A stretch of DNA of 64,000 nt, taken from the NCBI GenBank assembly GCA_012295275.1, contig CM022667.1, positions 1,178,001 to 1,242,000 of the forward strand, given 5' to 3'. Below, piece after piece: positions 1-64,000 of the stretch (position 1 is the stretch's first letter; every line of letters begins with the position of its first letter). Source of the stretch: Chrysomallon squamiferum (lineage: Eukaryota; Animalia; Mollusca). A program made the position numbers and the translations under genes. Under the pieces are notes generated by a model. That model did no database searches, had not been told where the DNA came from, and saw nothing but the letters and a program-made list of their open reading frames with translations.

Positions 1-52861
<52,861 letters not shown>

Positions 52862-53089
52862 GCTGCTGGCTATGTCTTATCCTTAAGTGATACAATAATC
52901 CAAGCAGAAAAACCACTCTTCGATTCAACTATCTGCTAAGTCTAAAAGTACTTGCTACTAACACAATATCCAGCTTTCCCAAACCAGACTTATTAACAAA
53001 CATTGGAGAATAGTTTTTTTTTATATTCTCTCTCACTCTCTATTTTTTTAAATTGAACTTTAATAAAGTAATATTAACCGATTTAAAAT

Positions 53090-53585
53090 TGGCATTTCCC
53101 TCCAAAAGCAGAAACGGTGCTTCCTCGTGAAGCTAACATCTCTACTGTGCTTTGTCCATGCACACACACCACAAACAAATATTGATCAAATACTAGGCGT
53201 CATTGTTCGCTTGTTCCCAGCTGTCGCAGACCGGAGCCTCGAAGACTCAGTCTGTACGAGCTATTGAACCGGCACTCAAAACGCCAAAATTGAAAGCGGT
53301 GGTTTTACTTTCGATGCGCGGCGTGACACTTGTGAAAACAGTAGTGAACAGATTCCACGAATGTAGAGGAAACAGAACGCAGGTGGCCGACAGTTTAGCG
53401 ATAATTAATTAACCGTTAGTTTTATTTTTAAAAACAGCACCCTAAGTCAGAGTAAGAAGTGCTCACAGGTCAGCTGCTTCCGTGTTACAGCGCCACCACA
53501 CGTGAGATTTTCCTCTTAGCCTCCGAAGTGATTTACACACGTGTACCAGTTACACAGCCTACACAATCAACGATTCACGCATAAA
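53090..53585. promoter_or_regulatory. CpG-retaining promoter/5' region of Piezo, possibly shared with the divergent TMEM276-like gene
   Basis: Non-coding, GC- and CpG-rich island (e.g. gatgcgcggcgtg, cagcgccacc) starting about 230 nt upstream of the Piezo ATG, against a CpG-poor background. Confidence 0.65.
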
Positions 53586-54135
53586 TAATTTAGAGGAATT
53601 TTAAATGGAATAAAGTGTCTTCTTTGTATTAAAATAATAATAATAATAATAAAATTAAAATAAAAAAGTATAAAAAGGAAGACATAAAAAGAAAATGAAA
53701 AAAGAAAATCACAGGCAGGAAATAAAAATAATAATAAGAATAAAAGTAGTAGTAATAATATCTGCCGATCTTTTTCAAATTACTGAGTATACAATAAGAC
53801 ACATATAGAACAACGTATGACATTTATGTTTTGAGTTCATATAATGCATTTCAAATAGTGGAGCATTAACAATTCTGTACAACGTGCGAAATTGTTTCCG
53901 ATTACAGTTTTGCACTAAACAAGACAATAATACAGAAATGTAATGTAAACAACTGTCATAGTATTTTCAACCGACAATAGCTGACAGTTTTCGTGGATAT
54001 ATATATGTATATATTATTATTTTCATCATGTCCTAGCACATGAATAAATAAGTGTCGATATATAATGATATTAATAACATATGGGACAACATAAACATAA
54101 ATTATAAATATAAAATATAGGTATATATGTTAATA

Positions 54136-54194
<59 letters not shown>

Positions 54195-55011
54195 TATATA
54201 GAGAGAGAGACCTACGATTTACTATTACATTTTATAAAAGGACAGTCAATTTAGCGTATTTCTGTTTGCCTGAGTCCATATCATTAATGTTTACTTTCCA
54301 ACACTATCTAAATTTTATTTTTTGTACTTATTATTATTATTTATTTTTAATTGTTTAATTTTAGAGTTTTTTCTTATTTTTCTTCTTATTTTAGTTTTAT
54401 TATTAGTAGTATTTTTCACTTCTTTTTTTTTTTCCTTTTTTTTTTTTTTTTTTTTTTGAAGAAGACCTTGCTCGTTTGCACTCTTTATAAACCGACACAT
54501 TATTTGTATGACTACACAATTACTTACTATTGTTATTATTGGAAGCAAGATGTTGTAAACCCGTCTATTTCTTTTTTCTTTTCACATTTATATGTTTGTA
54601 CGTGGGCTTTTTGTAACACCATCGTATTGTCTTTTCCGTTACATTTTCGCATTCATATATTCAGATATTGTACTTTCTCTTTTGTAGATCGATGGTTAAA
54701 TTTGTTCTTTCTCAGAGCGTGTATTGAATTAATTTCTCTTTCAAGGTACTGTGTCCGTAAATAAGATTACTGCTCAGTGAACAAGTCTATAGTTCACAAA
54801 ATAATGCCAGTGAGTTTTCGCTAAAATCACAATTACACAAAACAGTTCATAGACTATTAATAATGAAATTTGTTACGGTTTCTTTAAACATACAATTTAT
54901 TCGATCATTTATATATTTAAATGAATAAAACAGTTTAATTTTTGTTAGCAAGCCTTAATATTCCATGGTCGTAATTACACTGAGGTAAATGCCTCATACC
55001 GAAATTAACGA

Positions 55012-55042
<31 letters not shown>

Positions 55043-55293
55043 ATTTTGTACAAAGATTTTATTTTAAAAACATAAAATATAAATCTCTATACGACATCCA
55101 TTGAATGAATTTGTTTATGTCAGATTCCTAGCCCAGATTTGTTTGCCCCGCGCCCCTCGACAATTAAGAATTTTTGTCTCATTTCAAAACGAGTCTACAG
55201 GCCTGTATTCTATGTATTCTATATATTGTGAAATGTAAATTACTGTGACGTTATTTCAGTTTCACCTGTAATAGGTGATTAGTGTTGTTTAAA

Positions 55294-55331
<38 letters not shown>

Positions 55332-55374
55332 TTATTTTATTTTTATTTATTTATTTATTATTATTTATTTATTT

Positions 55375-55444
<70 letters not shown>

Positions 55445-55924
55445 GCTGTTACTACTTTATTTATTATTTTTTACTCTTTTTTTATTTATTTATTATTATT
55501 ATTAATGTTGTTGTTTAATAAAGAAAGATAAGTCCCAGAAACCACTCTCGAGGACTGATTCAGCGACAAATCAAGCCAAAAACCAGTGCTTTAATATTGA
55601 ACGACAATGCTGTTCATCTGTTACATATATACGATTATTTCTTTACACAATTAAAACAGCTGTTGCATTAAAATTTTATTAAAATATAGTAGACTGCTGT
55701 CTAATTAAACCATTAAAAAAAATTACATAATGGATTCCAGTGATTATCTCTATACATGGAAACTATAAAATTCAATATTGCGCAACAAATGTGACTGAAC
55801 TGCTATCCGTTTCGCTTCACTTATACTATTTGACTATATGAACTTTTCAGTATTTAAAATGGTCAGTTTCAGTATTTGAAAACGTATTTTATTATTATTA
55901 TATTTTTCGTAATTTAATATTTTT

Positions 55925-55962
<38 letters not shown>

Positions 55963-56938
55963 TAGATATGATAACAATCATCAAAAATAAATAAGTAAAT
56001 AAATAAATAAATAAACAAACAAAAGAAGTTCATTTTAACAACAATAAAGTTCAGAATAATCTATTTATTATTATTTAAAAAATTATAAACGTTGTTTTGA
56101 TCACTCAAACTCAGTGTAAAATCCATGTCTTTATAGTTTTTAAACTATCCGCATAATATTAATGTTATTACTGTACATTATTATTAAATCTTCATTGCTT
56201 TCACTGATTACTGCTTTTAAAAGAAAAGGGTAATATCGATTATAATATTATATCGTATTTAGTTTGTCATAATATAATTAATTTATGAAAAGAATATCAA
56301 GTCTTAATCTATACATATATTAAAAACTAACTAGATTTAAAAGAATTTAAATAATATATGAAATCCAATCAAAATGAGCGCTTTTTTAAAACCGGTTTAG
56401 CACCAAGTTTCAATAAACTGGTACCGTGTTCTCTTTGCGCTTTTACATTGACTTAGCTGAAGGAACCAGTTCCAAGTTCGATAACTCAGAACTATTATTT
56501 TAAGCTTCACCCTAATACTGAAAACGGAGATATATATATCAAATAAGTTTGTATTTTAAGGTTAGTGGAAATAGCGAAATTAATTATATATTATGTGGTT
56601 TTAGAAGAAGAAGGAGATATAGAGAAAAAAATGATATTCACAAATATTAAGTATCATATTATTTTAAACATATGTATTTTTTTTGACAAGAAGTTCGATC
56701 AAAATTAAAAATAAAATAATCGTTTTATAATATTAATCCAACATTAGAAACTATAAAATTTAAAAAAAAAGAAAAAAAAGAAGAAATTTAATTTATTGTC
56801 AGTATTAACATTATAATATTTTATTGAAGTTAATTAGCATGTGAAATTATTTTTATAACTTTGTTTTGACTTTGGGCGTTTTCCATAGTAATAATCACAA
56901 GTTTCAGAGATTCAGTCACAGCAAGAGTTTTAGACTGC

Positions 56939-57020
<82 letters not shown>

Positions 57021-57228
57021 AAATGTCATTAAAAAATATTTATTTCAACCATTTTTCTTTTGCATATTTCTTTAATTTTTCTAAAAAGCCCGTATTTAGT
57101 GTTGAATATTTTTAATATTTAAGACTTCTTTTACTAGAACTGTTAAAATTTCAGTAACCAAAATTAAGATTGAAAAGGATTTTATTTAGTGTCTTTGATA
57201 ATAATTAAACAGACTTTAAAAAAAAAAA

Positions 57229-57265
<37 letters not shown>

Positions 57266-57322
57266 GATTATGTTGATTTTTTTATTAGGTTCAGTTTACA
57301 GATTCTTCATTATTGATTTGCA

Positions 57323-57898
57323 ATGGGAAGACAACTGACCACTGCTTTGTCCGATGCTGTTCTGGCAGCATCGTGTTACATAATTGTCTATCACATTTGG
57401 TTACAAAACATTTACGCCGGATTGGGATTTTCAATGGAAGCCATTGCTGCCACGGTTGGTGTCTTCAGATTTGCCTTTTCCAGACCTAGCAACACAATAG
57501 TGAGAACTCACGACTACATGTCGTGGCTTACTGCTGTTGCTGGTATGCCGCTAATTGCTGTCGGATTCTGCAAGTATATCCTTCCTTACATGATGAACTT
57601 CAACTTCATGGCCTCGATGGGACTGATCTTAACGAACAACGCCTTCGATATGAAAACGCAAAAGCTTTGCAAATGGGCTGTGACCGGTTTAGCAATGTTG
57701 ACTGTCCTTCTGTCTAGTTATTACACGTGGAACGTTCATGGTTTTGCTGCAGCTGGAGTATACATACTTTCTGGTCGTTTCATCGGCAGCACTGGATTCA
57801 TGTCCATCGGCAGCGTTCGAATGCCAAAACTGGATGTTTATCATTATGCCTTAACTGTGGGGAATTACTTGTTTTTTAAGGCTTTGTATAATATTTAG
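57323..57898 (+). CDS. TMEM276: TMEM276-like multi-pass membrane protein, 191 aa, CDS in a single exon
   Basis: Clean non-repetitive ORF with about 6-7 hydrophobic segments. TALS, W..AV.GMPL.A, N.HG and PK.DV..ALxVG..AL match the human TMEM276 pattern as I recall it. An acceptor-like ttttattag at 57287-57288 suggests an upstream non-coding exon. Confidence 0.75.
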   Translation: MGRQLTTALSDAVLAASCYIIVYHIWLQNIYAGLGFSMEAIAATVGVFRFAFSRPSNTIVRTHDYMSWLTAVAGMPLIAVGFCKYILPYMMNFNFMASMGLILTNNAFDMKTQKLCKWAVTGLAMLTVLLSSYYTWNVHGFAAAGVYILSGRFIGSTGFMSIGSVRMPKLDVYHYALTVGNYLFFKALYNI

Positions 57899-58477
57899 AC
57901 TTGTAACATCTCGATGTTTATAAAATTTAGTTAGGTTCATAAGATCGTGTATTTTTAAGATCACAAGAATATAGGGTATAGTAGAATTAAACTGGTTTGA
58001 CCAATAATTATTCCCAGATTAATAACAGAAATAAGATTTAAGATTTCTTTAAGACACTGTATGTATTTCTATCTAATCTGCATGTAATATATATTAATTA
58101 TAATAGATGTATCTTTTATACAGTCATTTTGTATTCATTCCATAGTAAGTAAATTATGTCATTTATAAACTGTATTTTATTGATGTTGATCATGCAAAAA
58201 TATAAGATCATACAAAAAATTCGGTGATTTATTATGATTATAGATATAAATATACTCCTTAGTAAAAGAAACTAAGTCAAGCCATCATTTCATTGTCATT
58301 GAACATCTCTGAAACATTTTTCAAAATATGTGTCATAATTTCAGTTTTTCTGCACACTGCCACGCACACTGATTAAAATATGTGTGTTGTGTTAATGTTT
58401 GTTACTGTGACAGTTAAGCTAATTCAGTGATCTCATTTATGGTTTCCTTGAATTTTTGTTTGTTTGTGTCTGTGTGC

Positions 58478-58483
58478 AATAAA
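58478..58483 (+). promoter_or_regulatory. Candidate polyadenylation signal of the TMEM276-like gene
   Basis: AATAAA about 580 nt after the stop codon; this motif is common by chance in AT-rich DNA. Confidence 0.3.
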
Positions 58484-58959
58484 TGGAAAAAATAAGTATA
58501 AATATTCAGTACTGAGTTATTTTATTAATATGTATGAAGAGCACGACAAATTTGTCATTCAAAAGCTTGTTTTTGCACATTTAATATAATTATATATGTG
58601 CATATATATTAACTTTTTCTTTTTAAATAAGCACTGACAAGCATGTCATAATGTTACCAGTTGTTTTTGTCTCATTAAAATGGAACATTTCACAGATGTA
58701 CTCATGCTGTGCACACAAATGAACACATTTAAAAAAAATATGTATTATTTAAAAATACTCAGCTTATGCTATTGTTTAGTCTGCATCATGAATTGTAAAA
58801 TTTTGGTGAAAAATCAAAAATTAAAATACAGAGATAAAAATAATCATTAACTTGTTAAATACGATTTCCTCAAAACTTTTGTAGCTTTGCATAATAGATA
58901 ATAAATATTTATTTTGAAAAAAAAATTAATAGTTGTTTATCAAATTCTTCTAAATCTGA

Positions 58960-59120
58960 GAAAACACTTGTTGTCATCATTCCGTTGATTAGTAGCAAGG
59001 GATATTTTTTATTTGCACCTTCCCAAAACAGGAATTCACATGACTGTTATAGTTTTATTAAACCAGTTGAAAGATTTTGGAACACTCCACATAGTGCATA
59101 CTGCAGAGAATTGATCCACC
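58960..59120 (+). mobile_element. Degenerate SINE-like dispersed repeat
   Basis: gattagtagcaagggatattttttatttgcaccttcccaaaacagg has a weaker relative at about 35095-35140 (ttaacagcaaggatccttcataaaccccatcaca) and resembles a gastropod repeat I recall but have not verified. Confidence 0.4.
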
Positions 59121-61610
59121 AGTGTCTTGTATTGTAGAATTACAACATGCCACTTTGGGTAAATGGTTTGAAATTTATAAAAATTCTGTCTTTAATATTT
59201 CATTTTATTTAATGTGATTATTTAAATTATCTACATTCCATATTAGAATTTTCATGCAATAACTTTTTTGCATTAGCAGCTTTGTTGATTTTTAGAATTC
59301 TACTGTAGTTTCATAATTTTTATATACATTTCTTATTTGTTATATAAAATATATCCAATATTAAAAGACTGAATTTATTGTCATTGTGTTTTGTTGTTTC
59401 ATTTTAGAAATTTAATTAAAAGTGTAGAGACATTTTACATATTTTTATAATTAATATGAATTGACCTTGTACTAGCATGTATTTTGTTATATGTAGTGTA
59501 AGTTATGAATCTTTAAATCTGAACCATTTTTTTTCAAAAAAAAATTGTAAATGTAACAAGCTTTCTTGAATATACATAAATATTTTGTATTTAAAACATT
59601 TTCACATTAAGTTATTATGCTCATAAACAGGATATGATATACAGTTTCATTCTTCATGAATTTAATCAACTGCTAAGCTGTTGTCAACTTCATTACAGTT
59701 TAATGCAAATGATTGATTTTGCATATATTTGTTATGATAAGTGTCTAATTAGAAGTTTAAAGAATAAAAAATTAATGACAGTTCAGTCAGATTTGAACTC
59801 AAAACATCTTTACTCAATCTTTTTAAAGATAAATTCTATTTTTCCTGATCTGGTAAAATGCATACAGATTAATTTATTTGTTTTTATAATTTACATCAGT
59901 AATTATTTCAATGCTTTAGTTTTCATTCTTTGTTCTTTTTCTCTCTTAATTTTTTTAAGACTTGCGGTCTGCTTTATTAATTAAATCTTGACAAACTGAG
60001 ATTTCAAACATATCTGTTTCTCTTTACAACAGTTGTCTTGGCTTTGTTTGTCATTTTTGTTTGTGAATTCATGTTAATCAAATCTTTTAATTAAATCCAG
60101 TAATTACCATAGGACTGTTTAGACTGAACTGTTATTAAATGTAATGTTTCCTTTTAAACAAAAAATCAGTCTGAATAATATCAGTAATAATATAATTTTA
60201 TGCATGGTGTTAATTAAAATAATACCAAAAAGCCAGCAGATGTAAGCATTTATCATTTATTACTGACGGTAGTAAATATAGAGCCCAGCTTAACAAGATG
60301 AATTTGAAAACATTAGTCCTGCAAATGGACATAAACATCAACAACAACTGTTTATTTTAAAGATTAAACAAGTCATTTATCATTAAAACAAAATTTTTGT
60401 AACTTTAGTATCCTTGCCAAAAATGTTGAAATGTTTTAACCATAAAAACCAGAAACAAACAATTTCACATATGTAAAACATTTGATGTAACTGTTACAAG
60501 GATATTTTTGACTAATGCAAAAGATAAATATTATGTACATATATAGTACAGATAATAATAGAGGCCTGAGTTTACTGGGTGTCTTTTATAATCCAAAATT
60601 GTCTACAATACAAAAAAAAAAAAAAATTAAAATCCTCAAATAGATTAAATTACCAAAAGTAGTGTTATATCAAGATCTAAGGGAGCTAACTGCTGTCATC
60701 TGATATAGCCAAAAAAAAAAAAAAAAAGATTTTTTAAAAATTAAAAAATAAATAAAATAAAATAAAATGAATCTTTTACATCCAATAAAGTAAATGAAAT
60801 ATTGTAATGATAGATTATTACAAAATTCCTTATTTAAATTTTTATTTTTTATTAATTATTATTTTTTTTTAAATAATATTTAATCCAAACCTGTTTATAT
60901 TTTACTAGATTTTCAAGAACAATGTTCTGCACAACCAGAAACAATTTTAGGGTAATTAATTTTGTAAATATTGTCTTAATTATGCTGGATGTAATGTTAA
61001 ATTAACTATGTTAATGTGTGTATAATTATCTACAGGTATTTTATTTATTAATTTTTTTTCTAACATGCAGTGTGAAGTAATAATGGGATTACCCAGGATA
61101 AATGCTTAAAGTATCAATGTATTTATAATTACAAAAAATATTAATATAAATATCAAAAATCAAAAGTTGAACAATCTTGCAATAAATCATAAAATGAAAG
61201 GAAAAAAAAAGGCAATTAAAAATAATGAAGACTGAAAAAAGCATCTTGCAAACAATAAAATTAAGAAAAAAAATCAAAATTCATGAAATAAAACACCAAA
61301 AATGAGAAATAAAATGTAAAATAAATAAAAACTATTAAAAGTAACATTTCAGTAATATTAATCGTTACAAAATATTTATATCAAAAAAAATATAATAATA
61401 ATAAAAATAAAAAAACTCTTCTTGGTGTCCATTAAACCCAGTAAATAATAAGTTACATTGAGTGTTTTAAAATAACAATATCAGCATGTGTTGCTATTTA
61501 CACTCTTACACTGTAAGAATATATTTACAAAAGGAGAGAACTGAATTTAATATGTTTATCTTATTAACTACTTGATAATTTATCTAACCTACAAATTAAT
61601 CATTTCCATG

Positions 61611-61670
61611 CTGGCTTAATCAGTTGAGCACTGAATTCCCAAACCCAAGGATTTTGGTTCAAAACTCTGC
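61611..61670 (+). mobile_element. tRNA-derived SINE head remnant
   Basis: A-box-like TGGCTTAATCAG and B-box-like GGTTCAAAAC at tRNA-like spacing; no cloverleaf. Confidence 0.3.
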
Positions 61671-64000
61671 TAACAACAGAATTAATTATTTTCATAAAAA
61701 TTACTTTTGGTAAAAATATCCACTTTTATTAAATGACTAGGTAAAATAATATTTTTTTGTATGCTTTAAAATGGTATGAATTTTATAATTTTATTATTAA
61801 TTATTATTATTATTATTTTTTTTTTTTTTTGTAATTCCAAAATATTTAAGTTTTCTAAACTAAATCACTGACAACAAAATCTAAAAGGCAGATGTGCATT
61901 TTAAAATGAAATGTTTTTTTTCACCATTAGGCCTGAAGAAAACAATCAGATTAAATTCTTTGGGAAAATAACAACAACAAAAACTTGTGTTTTGTTGCGT
62001 TTAAATCAAACAGGTAATCAACACAAAGAATAACCGGTTATTTTCATATTTATACATTTAACAGCAGCATCCAACACAAACAGCTATGGAGAAATTAACT
62101 TTTTGGTATTAAATATAAATATAAAAGGAAGAAAAAAGATTACTAAAGAAATTTATACATGCACTGACTGAGGTCATTAAAGATTTATCTATCTGAGTAC
62201 GAGAAATATCTATGAAAGCAATAAATATAATAAACTTCCATCAATTATATATATATATATATATATATATCTTTTTTTTTTAATTTTAAAAAATATTCCC
62301 TGTCAAAAAGTCTTCATGTATAATAGTGAAAACAGTAACTGAAATAATTTATAATCAATGCTAAACCATGCAGTACAGTCGTTTCTAAATTCAGTCTGAT
62401 ACCAGCTGACATACGGAACAAGAAATAAATAAGGTTTTTTTTTGCTTCGCCCCCACAAAATTCAAAACTAACTACACTAGAACAAATCCTAATACTACTT
62501 TAAGAAAACGACAACATCGAAAAATCACAGCTGAACCTTGAGCTCTCAGTTACACACAGGCACACAAATTATTTCGTATATACAATCTTGTTTACGGTAA
62601 CAAATGACAAAGTCTTCAATGTAAAATGACCCCCAAAAATTTCTTCACTGAATAACGTTTGATAAAAATCAGAAGAAGAAAAAACACAGAGCAAATGGAT
62701 CTTTCTTTTTTTTTTCTCTTTTTTTTTAATACTTTTTTTTTTTTATCTTTCTTAATAAATTTCTAATAATTTATTCTGAAAATGTTTCAATCTGCATTAA
62801 ATATACTGGACTATCTGGCTCCAATTACATTCCAAATATGTAAGATATTTAATGAATAATGCAAATTAGGCTTTTACTTTTTAATTATATTTATTTTTTA
62901 TTGCTTTTTTTGTTTTGTTCAAATGTGACTAAAACAGAAGAGTTTTTAAATGAACCTTTTCTTTTTAATTTATAAAATTAAATTTTTTTTTTCAAAAAAG
63001 CAATTTGCATTTAATTATACTTTAATGCAATTTTTTTTCTTTCATGAAGATCATCACATCATCTTTGTTCGGTGCTTTTAAAACACTGAGTGACCTCTAC
63101 AAAGATTATTCTCCTATTCTGATTATCTCACTTTTCACACTACTAAAATGATTCATCTAAATGCTACTCTACCATCTAAACCAATAAACAAACTGAAAAA
63201 GAAAAAATTAACAGGATGATGAAAACTACTCGGATGTCTTCTCGCATACAGCAGATGGATATAAAACAATGAGCAAAAGATGACTGATGATAAAAGAGTT
63301 TGCTTTCAAAAACTTTTATATCAAAACTATAAGTAAAATCCACCTATACAAAAGTATATCATCTATTCCAGCACCATAACGTTTAATATTACATCATCCA
63401 ACCTAACAATGTTGCTTCTTATTTACCGACAAACAGAAAAGAAAAAAATTATATACAGGACTTCGTAAACATTCTAGGTGCATGCACTTAGTGCAACCCA
63501 TGATGATATATCATTTAAAAAAAAATTCAACATCTATATTGATGCTAAAACAATTTAGGAAAAAACAAGAAGTTGTGTTGACATAAGTAATATTAAAGTG
63601 CATCTTAATTTAAAACTTGTTTTTAACTACTATTCACGGCCATAAAAATTGCTAAATAATCTTTTTTTTTTAACATTAATTTAATATAATGAAAACATGA
63701 CATTTAGTATCTAAAATACAGCAAGTCAACCAACTCACCATTCATAATCAAACTTTCCAAAGCTACCCTGTTAGGTAAAAATTCTGAAAGTCTTGTCATT
63801 TTTAGATCATGTCTGACTTTTGATAAAATAAAATAAATTATTGTTTAAAATTGTATCTTCATATCTATTTTACACAAAGGTTAAAAATTTTAAAAAATAT
63901 ATGTATGTGAACCAATTTTTGGAAGTATTTTGAATAAAAAAAAAAATCAAATTATTATTTAATATTTTATAATTTTTAAGAAGAGACCAAAAAAAAAAAA

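Noticed and set aside
59200-64000. Possible long 3' UTR or last exon of a neighbouring gene; ORFs 59634..59984 and 61089..61277
   Set aside because: The ORFs have AT-driven composition and no recognisable motifs; a UTR cannot be established from sequence alone.

Overview
Very AT-rich, microsatellite-dense animal genomic DNA, probably a mollusc (gastropod); the taxon is an inference. There are no prokaryotic features. About 53 kb (1-52861, minus strand) holds the 5' half of a Piezo mechanosensitive channel gene. I traced 24 coding exons or exon remnants by hand (about 3.5 kb of CDS, about 1,180 aa, continuing off the left edge); splice phases are consistent except at three places: the expected exon 3 is not found, exon 4 is corrupted, and the exon at 1258-1442 lacks 1 nt. 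Head-to-head on the plus strand, beyond a CpG-retaining promoter-like region, lies a TMEM276-like membrane protein gene whose CDS is in one exon (57323-57898). The most unusual structure is recurrent: at six Piezo exon-intron boundaries the junction itself (splice site plus flank, usually including the exon edge) is duplicated into the intron, giving up to 11 extra intact splice sites. Where I checked the reading frame, use of these copies would truncate the protein. Also present: a Kolobok-type MITE, degenerate SINE-like remnants, many minisatellites and candidate alternative-splicing sites in Piezo loops. Most entries in the ORF track are artefacts of low-complexity sequence.
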